From Macrostomum lignano (Eukaryota): a stretch of 64,000 nt of DNA. The notes beneath the pieces are model-generated. The model did no database searches. It saw only the letters and a program-made list of their open reading frames with translations, and was not told the DNA's origin. Below are positions 36,962 to 47,129 of the stretch, piece by piece; the stretch's first letter is position 1, and every line of letters begins with the position of its first letter. Both the position numbers and the translations under genes were made by a program. Location: NCBI GenBank assembly GCA_002269645.1, contig NIVC01001547.1, forward strand, positions 62,001 through 126,000, in the 5' to 3' direction.

Positions 36962-37269
36962 GGAGGGGTTGCAGCCTAGTGATCAGACTCATGTCTGAAA
37001 GGTCGGTGGTTCGATTCTCGACCCACTAGGAACAATTTTGTATACTTGAGCAAGACACTTAACTCTGCATTGCTTCAGTTCACCCAGCTGTAAAATGGGT
37101 GCCAGAATTAGCTGGGGTAATTGAGGGTGTGCGTGGCGACCCCCCAGTCCTTGGACTGAACAGCCGTACGCAGCCTTCAGATGCGCCGCGCAATAGCTGC
37201 GGCTGAGCTGTCGGTTGCACATGTGGCCATTAGGGCAGGTGTAATCAGTTATAATTGTTATTATTATTA
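36962..37269 (+). mobile_element. tRNA-derived SINE family A, full length, with CORE-like central domain
   Basis: A-box-like GCAGCCTAGTG and B-box GGTTCGATTCT; central CTTGAGCAAGACACTTAAC...CTGTAAAATGGG resembles the MIR/CORE block; (TTA)n tail; partial copies at 27050 and 62585. Confidence 0.82.
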
Positions 37270-37449
37270 CGAAGTTGGTGAATTAAGCTAAAATCAACAT
37301 ACTCGTAAGTAAAAAAGACAGATATTTTGCTGCAGATTCTGTAAACTTCTGTACTTGGCAAACGTACTTAGCTTTGAAATGATCAGTAATCAGTAATCAG
37401 TAAGATCGTGCTTTGCAGCTGAAATCCTGATATTACCCATCAATTCCAG

Positions 37450-37671
37450 ACTGAGCTGAAGAGTGCAGCAGGCAGGGTGATTCGCAGAGACACGGCAGCT
37501 TCTGCTGCCAACGATCTGTCAGGTCAGGAGAGTGTACCATTGCGCCGCCTGCTGTCTAGAGATGGCTGCCGCCAGCTGGGCTCCGCGAGTGTCACTGCCA
37601 TGATGACGGAGCACCGGGAGCCTAATGAATCGCCAAACGCCCTATCTGTGGAGTCTGAGCTGTTTGTCTGA
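37450..37671 (+). CDS. NPY/NPF receptor-like GPCR exon 3 (helix 8 and C-tail, ends ELFV)
   Basis: ttccag|ACT acceptor phase 0 gives NENFQ|TELK (helix 8); open to TGA at 37671. Confidence 0.75.
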   Translation, partial: TELKSAAGRVIRRDTAASAANDLSGQESVPLRRLLSRDGCRQLGSASVTAMMTEHREPNESPNALSVESELFV

Positions 37672-38089
37672 CTCGAGCACATGATCTCAAAAGCTATTTA
37701 GAGATTTTGTTTGAACCTTGAAAAGCCAAATCGACAATGATATTCGAACTGAGATTAAATAAATTGGAACGATGAACTTCACGCTTTGCAGTCTCCAGCT
37801 GCTGTGTGTGGTCTAAAATTGTAATTGTCTTGGATGTATCAAATCAGACCCCTCCCATACTAGTACATTTATGAAATGTATTTTCCAACATGAGAGCTTG
37901 AATAGGCCAATATGCACATTTTTTTACAAATTGAGAGAGGAAACGAAGGGCCTGTTAAAATTGGTATTTATTGCATGCAGTTTGGAAAGCAGTTGGCGAA
38001 TATTTGAATTTGTCTGCTTTGAGCTAAGATGAACTTACATGTATAGTCTGGTAATAAAATGACTATAATTGCTGTTTAACAAATGAGAC

Positions 38090-39672
38090 TCATGTCTAAC
38101 AGGTGACCCTCGTGTCTAACAGGTCCACTCGTGTCTAACAGGTGCCACTCGTGTCTAACAGGTGCCACTCGTGTTTAACAGGTGATACTCGTGTCTAACA
38201 GGTGCCATTCGTGTCTAACAGGTGAAACTCGTGTCTAACAGGCGATACTCGTGTCTAACAGGTGCCACTCGTGTCTAACAGGTGACCCTCGTGTCTAACA
38301 GGCGATACTCGTGTCTAACAGGTGCCACTCGTGTCTAACAGGTGACACTCGTGTTTAACAGGTGATACTCGTGTCTAACAGGTGCCATTCGTGTCTAACA
38401 GGTGAAACTCGTGTCTAACAGGTGACACTCGTGTTTAACAGGTGACACTCGTGTTTAACAGGTGATACTCGTGTCTAACAGGTGCCATTCGTGTCTAACA
38501 GGCGATACTCGTGTCTAACAGGTGCCACTCGTGTCTAACAGGTGACACTCGTGTCTAACAGGTGATACTCGTGTCTAACAGGTGCCATTCGTGTCTAACA
38601 GGTGAAACTCGTGTCTAACAGGTGACACTCGTGTTTAACAGGTGACACTCGTGTTTAACAGGTGATACTCGTGTCTAACAGGTGCCATTCGTGTCTAACA
38701 GGTGAAACTCGTGTCTAACAGGTGACACTCGTGTTTAACAGGTGACACTCGTGTCTAACAGGCGATACTCGTGTCTAACAGGTGATACTCGTGTCTAACA
38801 GGTGATACTCGTGTCTAACAGGTGCCATTCGTGTCTAACAGGTGAAACTCGTGTCTAACAGGTGACACTCGTGTTTAACAGGTGACACTCGTGTCTAACA
38901 GGCGATACTCGTGTCTAACAGGTGCCACTCGTGTCTAACAGGTGACACTCGTGTTTAACAGGTGAGACTCGTGTCTAAATGGTGCCACTCGTGTCTAACA
39001 GGCGATACTCGTGTCTAACAGGTGATACTCGTGTCTAACAGGTGATACTCGTGTCTAACAGGTGCCATTCGTGTCTAACAGGTGAAACTCGTGTCTAACA
39101 GGTGACACTCGTGTTTAACAGGTGACACTCGTGTTTAACAGGTGATACTCGTGTCTAACAGGTGCCATTCGTGTCTAACAGGTGAAACTCGTGTCTAACA
39201 GGTGACACTCGTGTTTAACAGGTGACACTCGTGTCTAACAGGCGATACTCGTGTCTAACAGGTGATACTCGTGTCTAACAGGTGATACTCGTGTCTAACA
39301 GGTGCCATTCGTGTCTAACAGGTGAAACTCGTGTCTAACAGGTGACACTCGTGTTTAACAGGTGACACTCGTGTCTAACAGGCGATACTCGTGTCTAACA
39401 GGTGCAATTCGTGTCTAACAGGTGAAACTTCTGTCTAGCAGGTGAAACTCGTGTCTAACAGGAGACACTCGTGTCTGACAGGTGCTATTCATGTCTAACA
39501 GATGCCATTTGTGTCTAACAGGTGCCATTCGTGTCTAACACGAGACACTCGTGTCTAACAGGTGCCATTCGTGTCTAACAGGCGATGCAAATAATGTCTA
39601 ACAGGTGAAACTCGTGTCTAACAGGTGCCAATCCTGTCTCACAGGTGACACTCATGTCTAACAGGTGACACT
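38090..39672. repeat. 20-bp minisatellite (CGTGTCTAACAGGTGACACT) with 240-bp (12-mer) higher-order repeat
   Basis: About 79 units; 60-mers at 38761, 39001 and 39241 are identical. Confidence 0.98.
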
Positions 39673-40204
39673 CCGCTATCCAAACTGTAAAACGTTAGCA
39701 AAAAGCAGTGCGTCCATTGATTTTCTAGCCGAAATATTTTGGTTTCTTTGCAAATCCTACGATGCAAAAGAAATTTGACACCTCAGCTGATGTGCCGCGA
39801 TAGCAAATGTTATAAGATGTCAAAGCTACTGAATTCTACTAAACATCCTCCAAGCTAATTAGCAAAACCTAAAGAAAAAAACAAAAAAACATATCGATTT
39901 GATCGCATAGTCTGAAGTACCTTTGTCAGATGCCTCGCTTTGATAGTCGTGATTACTCGGGTCAGAGTGTACGAGCCTGTCCACTGCAGAGGAAATAAAA
40001 GAATGATTACTGGAAGAATATTTCGCTTGCTACTGAAACATTGCGTGACATCGCGTATTGTGCGAACTGCTACCCTTGTATGAGGAAATGTTCAAGGTGC
40101 TCGGAATGGCCTAAGTAATGTCCGTTCTAATGCATGTTCTCAGACTCGGTGTATCGAAGCCGAAGTTCTAAATATACTAGCTAATACAACAGCACCAACA
40201 CAAT

Positions 40205-40620
40205 CGTCACGTGACTCGGTAACGACACCCACCACAATCGCTGCTTTGGGCACGTGATTCGGTAACGACATCCACCCCAATTGCTGCTTGGTCATGTGAC
40301 TCGGTAGCGATATCAACCCCAATCGCTGCTTTGGTCACGTGATTCGGTAGCGACACCCACCCCAATTGTGCTTTGGTCACGTGATTCGGTAGTGACACCC
40401 ACCCCAATCGCTGCTTTGGTCACGTGATTCGGTAGCGACACCCACCCCAATCGCTGCTTTGGTCACGTGATTCGGTAGCGACACCCACCCCAATCGCTGC
40501 TTTGGTCACGTGACTCGGTAACGACACCCACTCCAATCGCTTCTTTGGTCAACGTGATTCGGTAGCGACATCCACGCCAATCGCTGCTTTGGTCACGTGA
40601 TTTGAAAGCGACATCCACCC
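40205..40620. repeat. 42-43-bp minisatellite carrying GTCACGTGA(T/C) and CCAAT in most units
   Basis: 10 units, about 800 bp upstream of the Lst2-like ATG. Confidence 0.93.
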
Positions 40621-41412
40621 CAGTCGAACTCCTTCAGTTTTAAATGAACCCAAATCAAAGCACTAATTTGTGCTTTTTTCCCGTTTTCCTAATAAAAAGC
40701 TATAAGTATAGCATAAATCAAAACTTGAGCATTGCCATTCACCATCTATGCAGTCAGTTGGAAGTTAGCTGGCGCTACGTGACCCGAAGAGCAAGCAGGA
40801 GGAGCACAGCTCAAAGAAAACAGGGAAGAAAGATCTGTCTGCAGACAGTCAAACGTGTGTGCCAGCATAAATAACGTTGCAAACTCGCCACACTCTAGTT
40901 CGAGTACTTGTCGGACTTTAGTCTAATGTAGGTCCCATATTTAGTCACGCCCACAGAGATTTCCAATCGCGGTGTGTAAAGCAGAGTTTTTAGATTAGTG
41001 ACTTCTAAATAAATGTATATGAAAATAGCAACGCTGAATTGGTCCATTAGGCTCTTAGCTATCTACCTAACACTTTCTTGGGGCATTAGTCATGCAGTTT
41101 AAATCTAAATTTAAAAATTGAAACAGAAATCTTGCGTTAGTAACAGCGTGCGGGTTAATTGTTACGAAGTGCCTAGTTTCACTGCGGCGCTGTACAATTG
41201 CTTGCACTAGCTGCTGTACAATTTGCGGGGCAAGTTCGGCGGCGCGCGAGTACAAAATGCAGGGGCAGAGAGGACGGCCACTTTGTAAATCTCGCGCCAC
41301 TACAAAATCCGGCCGCTCTATTTAAACTACTATATAGTATCCTTCTTCTCTCGCTGTTTTTCTAATAGAGACTCAGAGATAATTTCTCTATTTCGCGGTA
41401 AACGACAAAACA

Positions 41413-41790
41413 ATGTCGATCAATCCCAGACAGAGGCGTCACAACTTGTTGATGAAGTTTTGCAAAGCAGATCGGAAACTGCTGGATCTGGAGATGCGAG
41501 TGGGTTTCTGCGCTCTGTATCTGGAGTTTTCCGGCCTGAAGAAAAGGCACAACAAAGTGATGAAACGAGTGATCGAACTGATGGACGACCTCATTCCTGA
41601 CAGGAGACAGCCAAGGCACTACCGGTACAGGTACTCAGAAGAATTCAAGGTGAACATCGACAGCATAGTGCTCAACTTAGCCATTGGACTGAACAAATTT
41701 CCGAGAAACTCTTTCATGATTGCCATTGTCGCCCTGCGAGGCCAGTTGACGCCCGGGTTTTTGAACGAGCATCAGGGATTGGCGGCTAAG
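41413..41790 (+). CDS. ZFYVE28: Lateral signaling target 2 (Lst2)-like FYVE protein, exon 1
   Basis: LLMKFCKADRKL and IELMDDLIPDRRQPRHYRYRYSEEF align with LLARFYYADEEL and [26 protein letters not shown] of ZFYVE28; AAG|GTGAGT donor phase 0. Confidence 0.82.
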
Positions 41791-41836
41791 GTGAGTCGAT
41801 CTGATCCTGCTCATAGTTTTAATGTCACAGCACTCT

Positions 41837-42208
41837 TTTTTTATTAGAGGCAGGGGGTTGTGTGCACCCTGGCGCACTTTAAGCGACATTGTCTCACAAC
41901 CGGCGAGAGGCGTTACTGCGCCCATTCCGCCGACTCCCCTGAGTAGGCAGTGTAGGCACACAAGCGCGCGGATACGTACGCAGGCACACACTCACACAGG
42001 AGTGTACAGCGGCCCTAACTTTATTTTATCGTTAGGCATGTACACTTCACTGCGCCTTGGGGGGTTGGCTCTCAAGGCCGTTAATTGCACGAGCAGAGCC
42101 AAGCCGAGATTCAAATTCAGCCCCAAATTAATGTGACTGCACTTGGAATCGAGCCTGGGCCGCTGGCACACCAGAGCCTGCGCTAGACCGCTGGGCTACG
42201 GCCCCTCT
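41837..42208 (-). mobile_element. tRNA-derived SINE family B, copy 1, in Lst2-like intron 1
   Basis: Minus strand: GGGGCCGTAGCCCAGCGG (A box), GGCTCGATTCC (B box), AATAAAAAAA tail; 14-bp TSD TGTCACAGCACTCT at 41823-41836 and 42209-42222. Confidence 0.92.
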
Positions 42209-42284
42209 TGTCACAGCACTCTACAAACTTTATAAAAGTCAATCTATCTGAAATTACAAGTCGTTTTCGTAAGCTTTCCCGGAG

Positions 42285-42365
42285 ACGTCAATGACAGATT
42301 TGTACTTTTAAATTACACCAACGTTCAGCCGGTGTAATGTAAAAGTACATATCTGCCATCGACGT
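42285..42365. mobile_element. Short near-palindromic inverted-repeat element
   Basis: ACGTCAATGACAGATTTGTACTTTTAAATTACACC ... GGTGTAATGTAAAAGTACATATCTGCCATCGACGT, about 35-bp arms with 4 mismatches. Confidence 0.55.
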
Positions 42366-43137
42366 TTAGCGTTGTTCAGCATTTGTATCGTTGACCTATT
42401 CGTATCTGCAGTCATCTGTGTCGCTGTTTCCAAGAGTTTCTTACTTTAAATTGGAATTCAATTAATTTAATGATGCATCCAATTCATCCTGCTTTTGAAA
42501 ATTCTAATAATAGAGATGACTTTAAATATGACGTCGAAATCTAAACTTTACTGAATCTAAGATACATGCTTATTTGTACAGTGGAACGGTGCATTTGGGG
42601 TCAGTCAGATTTGATAGTAACCGCATGGACAGATAGACCGAAGCGCACATTGCCAAGAAATGCTAATGCGTACACATGCGCACGCACTGTACAATGTCAA
42701 GAAACGTAAAACGTAGACGAATGTTAAAACAGCTGGCGAGCACAGAGGTCGATACGAGGTCAATTCTAATGGATTCAATATTTCAATTAACTTCTGAGCG
42801 CTCGCACAAAAGAAAGCCGACAGATTTGGCGTTCCGAGTAAAAGGATGTTCAGGTGAATTCATTATACCTTAAAAGGCTTCCTGAATCATGCAGAGGCAC
42901 TATCGGAACACATGTAGCTTACTTGAAGAGTGAAGCGAGCTACTATGGATATAATTTGATTTTTCGCACTGCTAACCAATCTCGTCAATTCCAGACTTTC
43001 AACTCTCAACTTTAATTAAAGTGCAATCAGAGATGCAGTCTCAAAAAGTTATGGTCCCCTGCACAAAATAATTCCTACTGTAGTTGAAACTCAGCGACAC
43101 AGAGTGGATCTACACAACATTTCCACCGTTTCCGCAG

Positions 43138-44100
43138 GTAAACGAAGCGGCCGAGGACACGTTCCAGATGCTCCGTCAAGAATTCGGCAGGAGCTTCCAC
43201 GGCGGCGACCCCATCCACAATGTCTCTCTACTGCAGCAGCTCGAAAAGTTCGACCGATTCCTGTCGAAGTTCGAGCTGGCCTGGATATGCGACGGCACAA
43301 ACCCGGATATTGTGGAGGCCCTGCTAGACATTCAAGCACTAAGTGAACTTTTTCTCCGAGCAGCGAGCTGGGCAGTGGAACAAAACTGCATAAACCCAGA
43401 AGATTTTGCGACTTGCGAACCGGAAATCATGACGACACTTCCTAGGCTGGCTGTCCTGCTGTACATCAGCGAGTCGACGGTTGATCAAGGATCCGGCAAG
43501 GTTCGAAAAGTCTTCCGCGAGCACCGGGAAGGCCTGGACGAAGCCAGGAAACTTCTGCACCGGCTGGAGCCGCAAAAACGCAAAGAGGTGGCTCAGCGGC
43601 TCTGCCTTAGGACTGACGCAAGGGATCCGGAAATCAACCGCTTATTCAGAGCCATAGCCAGCGCAGCCGACCAGCTGCAGACCAACCACCCGATCGAGTG
43701 CACGTACCTCATGTCCTACGTGTGCTCAAAGTACAGCTCTGAGCCTCAAGCCGAGGGTGAGCAGGCTGCAGTGGCGGCCTCCTGCTTCAGCATCGAGCCG
43801 TCGGTGGTGTTACCAGACTCCGCCTCTACTTCGTGCACTAGTGCGAACTGTGGAGTGGAATTCAGCCTGCTGCAGCACCGGCACCACTGCAGGTCCTGCG
43901 GTGGCACATTCTGCAGCCACTGCACCACGCATAAGATGCCACTACCGCTGCTGGGACACCACAGCCCCGTCCGGGTGTGCGAGCCGTGTCGCGACAAAGT
44001 GCTGGCCTCGATGCTGACTAAAGAGGCCCCGAATGGGTCCCCGACTGTAGCTCGCCCCGTTGCTCGAACGGCGGCTGCAGGGTTGAGTTTACGCTGCTAA
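43138..44100 (+). CDS. ZFYVE28: Lst2-like exon 2 as sequenced (Lst2 helical region plus degenerate FYVE-1)
   Basis: tttccgcag|GTA acceptor phase 0; FDRFLSKFELAWI, CEPEIMTTLPRLAV and ADQLQTNH match Lst2; FYVE HRHHCRSCGGTFC...RVCEPC. The last ~24 codons are probably the wrong frame. Confidence 0.85.
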   Translation, partial: VNEAAEDTFQMLRQEFGRSFHGGDPIHNVSLLQQLEKFDRFLSKFELAWICDGTNPDIVEALLDIQALSELFLRAASWAVEQNCINPEDFATCEPEIMTTLPRLAVLLYISESTVDQGSGKVRKVFREHREGLDEARKLLHRLEPQKRKEVAQRLCLRTDARDPEINRLFRAIASAADQLQTNHPIECTYLMSYVCSKYSSEPQAEGEQAAVAASCFSIEPSVVLPDSASTSCTSANCGVEFSLLQHRHHCRSCGGTFCSHCTTHKMPLPLLGHHSPVRVCEPCRDKVLASMLTKEAPNGSPTVARPVARTAAAGLSLRC

Positions 44101-44243
44101 GACGACGGCACCACTGCAGAGCCTGCGGCGGTCTGTTCTGCCACAGCTGCTCCAGCTGGTGGGCCTCGCTGCCGCAGTTTGGCTACAACGAGGCCGTGAG
44201 GCTGTGCCAGTACTGCCACTCCGTCCACGGCAATCTGCACTGA
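44028..44243 (+). CDS. ZFYVE28: Second, canonical FYVE domain in the -1 frame (PEWVPD...RRRHHCRACG...RLCQYC...H*)
   Basis: All eight Zn-ligand Cys, WxxD and R(R/K)HHCR present; strong GC3 bias; AATAAA at 44359 and 44367 lies downstream; no own ATG, in-frame TAA at 44019-44021 upstream. Confidence 0.85.
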   Translation, partial: PEWVPDCSSPRCSNGGCRVEFTLLRRRHHCRACGGLFCHSCSSWWASLPQFGYNEAVRLCQYCHSVHGNLH

Positions 44244-44464
44244 GATTGCAGCTCTTTTCAATTCAGCCTAAAATGGTGCCTCAGCCTAAAATGGTGCCTA
44301 ACTATTTGGCCAGCTGAGATACGTCAAGCTGAACTCGTATTGCTATATGCAGAATCAAAATAAAACAATAAAGATGTACTTGTAATGTGTGTAAACAAAA
44401 CGTTGGATTAAAGTTGCATAGCCAAGGGCAGGTTTGGTGCCTCTCACTGGAGTTTTTGATACTC

Positions 44465-44830
44465 CTTTGAGGTAGCTTTGAACCCGTTAGAGGTAGCTTT
44501 GAACCTCTAAAGTAGCTTTGAACTCCTTTGAAGTACATGTAGCTTTGAACCCCTTTAAAGTAGCTTCGAACCCATTTGGGGTAGCTTTGGATCCCTTTGA
44601 AGTAGCTTTGAACCGCTTTGAACCCCTTTGAGGTAGCTCTGAACCCCTTTGATGTAGCTTTGAACCCGTTTGAGGTAGCTTTGAACCCATTTGAGGTAGC
44701 TTTGAACCCCTTTGAGGTAGCTTTTAACCCCTTTAAGGTAGCTTTGAACCCCTTTGAGGAAGCTCTGAACCCCTTTGATTTAGCTTTAAACCTCTTTAAA
44801 AATTTTGAAGTAGCTTTGAACCCCTTTAAA
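44465..44830. repeat. ~21-bp minisatellite (GTAGCTTTGAACCCCTTTGAG)
   Basis: About 17 units. Confidence 0.9.
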
Positions 44831-45642
44831 GCAAGCCATGAACACGTGTGAACTTTTTAAAAGGAGTTTTGGCACCTCCAAAAATGAGCTGGCAACCCAA
44901 AACATGACAAGCAGTCACTCCAAGAAAGATCCAGACTACGTTACTAATAAGCTGCTCCTGGTTATTAAAGTAAAGTAGAGTAAAAGTATTATCTAGCGGA
45001 TCTATTCGCATCGTTTTATGAACAAATTAATTACGCTTTTTATTTGTGAACAGATCAACAACAAAGACACAATAAACCACAGTTAAGCTATGAGTGTAAA
45101 TGCACTAATAAAGCATCACAAATGATGATTTCCCTTTAAGCTATTTTTCTTTCAATGATATGCTCGAATTGCGTGTTGACAACCCATTTGCCTAGAATTA
45201 AAGACAGAAATCATGACAGCCATAATTTAACATGCAAATGCGAATTAATAGCGTCGATAGACTCATCGACTCATCTTCGCAAATTAAAGAGATGCACGAA
45301 CTGCGTTTATGACAGGGCTGCAAGATAGACAGAACTACAGCTGCAGTCTACTTGATTTATAAGCAGGTGCAAAGCATCCATGTAGAGCATTTGGGATGAT
45401 TATATCTTTGAAATTCATAGATGCCTAAGAAAACTAGTTCGCATTAGAACAGTAGTTTTAAAGTCATGTAGAGGTAGAAGGGGAAGTTTGAACTTGCATG
45501 AAGCTTTCAGAAATTTACTCAGCAACATTTTAAAAAAGTCGCCAGCCTTCATCCAAGTGACCAGTGTCTTTTGACCATGCAGTGTCTATCAGCTGGTCAA
45601 TCATTTTAATTTAGCTTTATGCAGCACATTTGGGCCTGCGCG

Positions 45643-46016
45643 AAGGGGGCCGTAGCCCAGCGGTCTAGCGCAGGCTCTGGTGTGCCAGCGACCCAGGCTC
45701 GATTCCAAGTGCAGTCACATTAATTTGGGCCTGAATTGGAATCTCGGCTTGGCTCTGCTCGTGCAATTAACGGCCTTGAGAGCCAACCCCCCCCCCAAGG
45801 CGCAGTAAAGTGTACATGCCTAACGATAATATAAAGTTAATAATAGGGCCGCTGTACACTCCTGTGTGAGTGTGTGCCTGCGTACGTATCCGCGCGCTTG
45901 TATGCCTGCTCAGGGGAGTCGGCGGAATGGGCAGTAATGCCTCTCGCCGGCTGTGTGCCTATGTCGCTTAAAGTGCGCCAGGGTGCACACAACCCCCCTG
46001 CCTCTAATAAAAAAAA
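45643..46016 (+). mobile_element. tRNA-derived SINE family B, copy 2
   Basis: Same A/B boxes and poly-A tail as 41837-42208; 12-bp TSD TGGGCCTGCGCG at 45631-45642 and 46017-46028. Confidence 0.92.
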
Positions 46017-46028
46017 TGGGCCTGCGCG

Positions 46029-46480
46029 CATTGAATTTAATCCAAGGTACGTTTGCCAATGTAATGAAGCTTTTGTCTATGGTACCAAGGCTCTTGCCTT
46101 CTCGCAACCGCCTTCGTGGGTTGTTGCGTACCGCTGGAATGTCAGCGTCTCTATCAACAATTTTCAGTCGCTTTTCCAGAGCTCTGCTGATAGTCCAAAT
46201 CTGATAACCTACTGGAACAGTTCCTTCAACTTCTGCTGCATTTTCTGCAACGTCAACAAAGGATTCGTCGCAAGTTGGACCTGAGGCTCTCGAGCACCTT
46301 GCCTTGGCGATTGCCACCCCTTCGCAGGAAATCTCTGCCGGCAGTGATTTTAACGCGCTGATGGATGCTGTAAACCATATTTTCTTTTACATTCAGCAAC
46401 CTTGCAATGTCCTTTGGGTGTTCACCTCTGTCCAGTGCTTCGATCACAAGCCAAACGGCATTCGTTCGACTGCCTAGCAT
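46029..46480 (-). pseudogene. Decayed IS630/Tc1-mariner-like transposase N-terminal half, frameshifted and interrupted by SINE B
   Basis: HTH1 LDRGEHPKDIARLLNVKENMVYSI followed by RRGGNRQGKV; in the next frame HTH2 WTISRALEKRLKI and P.VRNNP; stops follow beyond the SINE. No TIRs found. Confidence 0.5.
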
Positions 46481-47129
46481 ATGGTCCACAATTCTGGGGC
46501 TGATCTTGCTCCTCCGCAGCAGTTGCAAATGAAGCTATGGACCAAATTGGTGCTTGTTGGATCAAATGAAATGCCGCTGTGCCAGCCTTGCTACCATAGA
46601 CAAAAGCTCCGTTACTTTCGCAAACGTATCTTAGATTAAAATTAAATTAAATGCGGATGAGAGCATGAGGAGAGCTTTTCAGGTCAGGTGATATAAAGGT
46701 CAATAGCGCACACAGGAGGAAGGGGTGTGTCCGGTTGGGTTGGGAACTGATCCAGTTTTCAGTTCAAGGCCGAACAGTAAGAAATACTGTAAGACTATAG
46801 ATTTCAAGCTGTGCTCAGGTCAATAGCAAGATGAGAAGGATCCGAGCAAACTGCAAGAAACTGGTTAATTTCCCAATTATTCAATTGGTCTAATTTCTGC
46901 AGAGCTTCTAAAGCCGCAGAGCAGCCTCGCTAAATCGATATTGAAGGAGCTTCTGAGAGCTGCCTAATCCACCTGGGTCCCGCTGCTCAAGAGGCCAGAG
47001 TATTAAATAGAAAAGTACAAATGGTTTCATTAGTAGCTTCCATTAGTTTTCAAATTTGTACGTCTGTAACAGGAAAACATGCCTACATGTGCTTTTATTT
47101 TTTATCGATTTTAAAAGTTCAGAGTTTCG

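Noticed and set aside
36962-37025. tRNA genes at SINE heads (also 42140-42208 and 45643-45710)
   Set aside because: A/B boxes are present but no complete cloverleaf; each is followed by a SINE body and tail, and family B copies have TSDs.
40320-40345. ER-stress element (CCAAT-N9-CCACG) in the 43-bp array
   Set aside because: Actual spacing and sequence is CCAAT-N11-TCACG, which does not match ERSE.
44016-44033. Canonical -1 programmed frameshift site between the two FYVE frames
   Set aside because: No X XXY YYZ heptamer in the correct phase (ACT AAA GAG GCC CCG); kept only as the least likely option in the finding.
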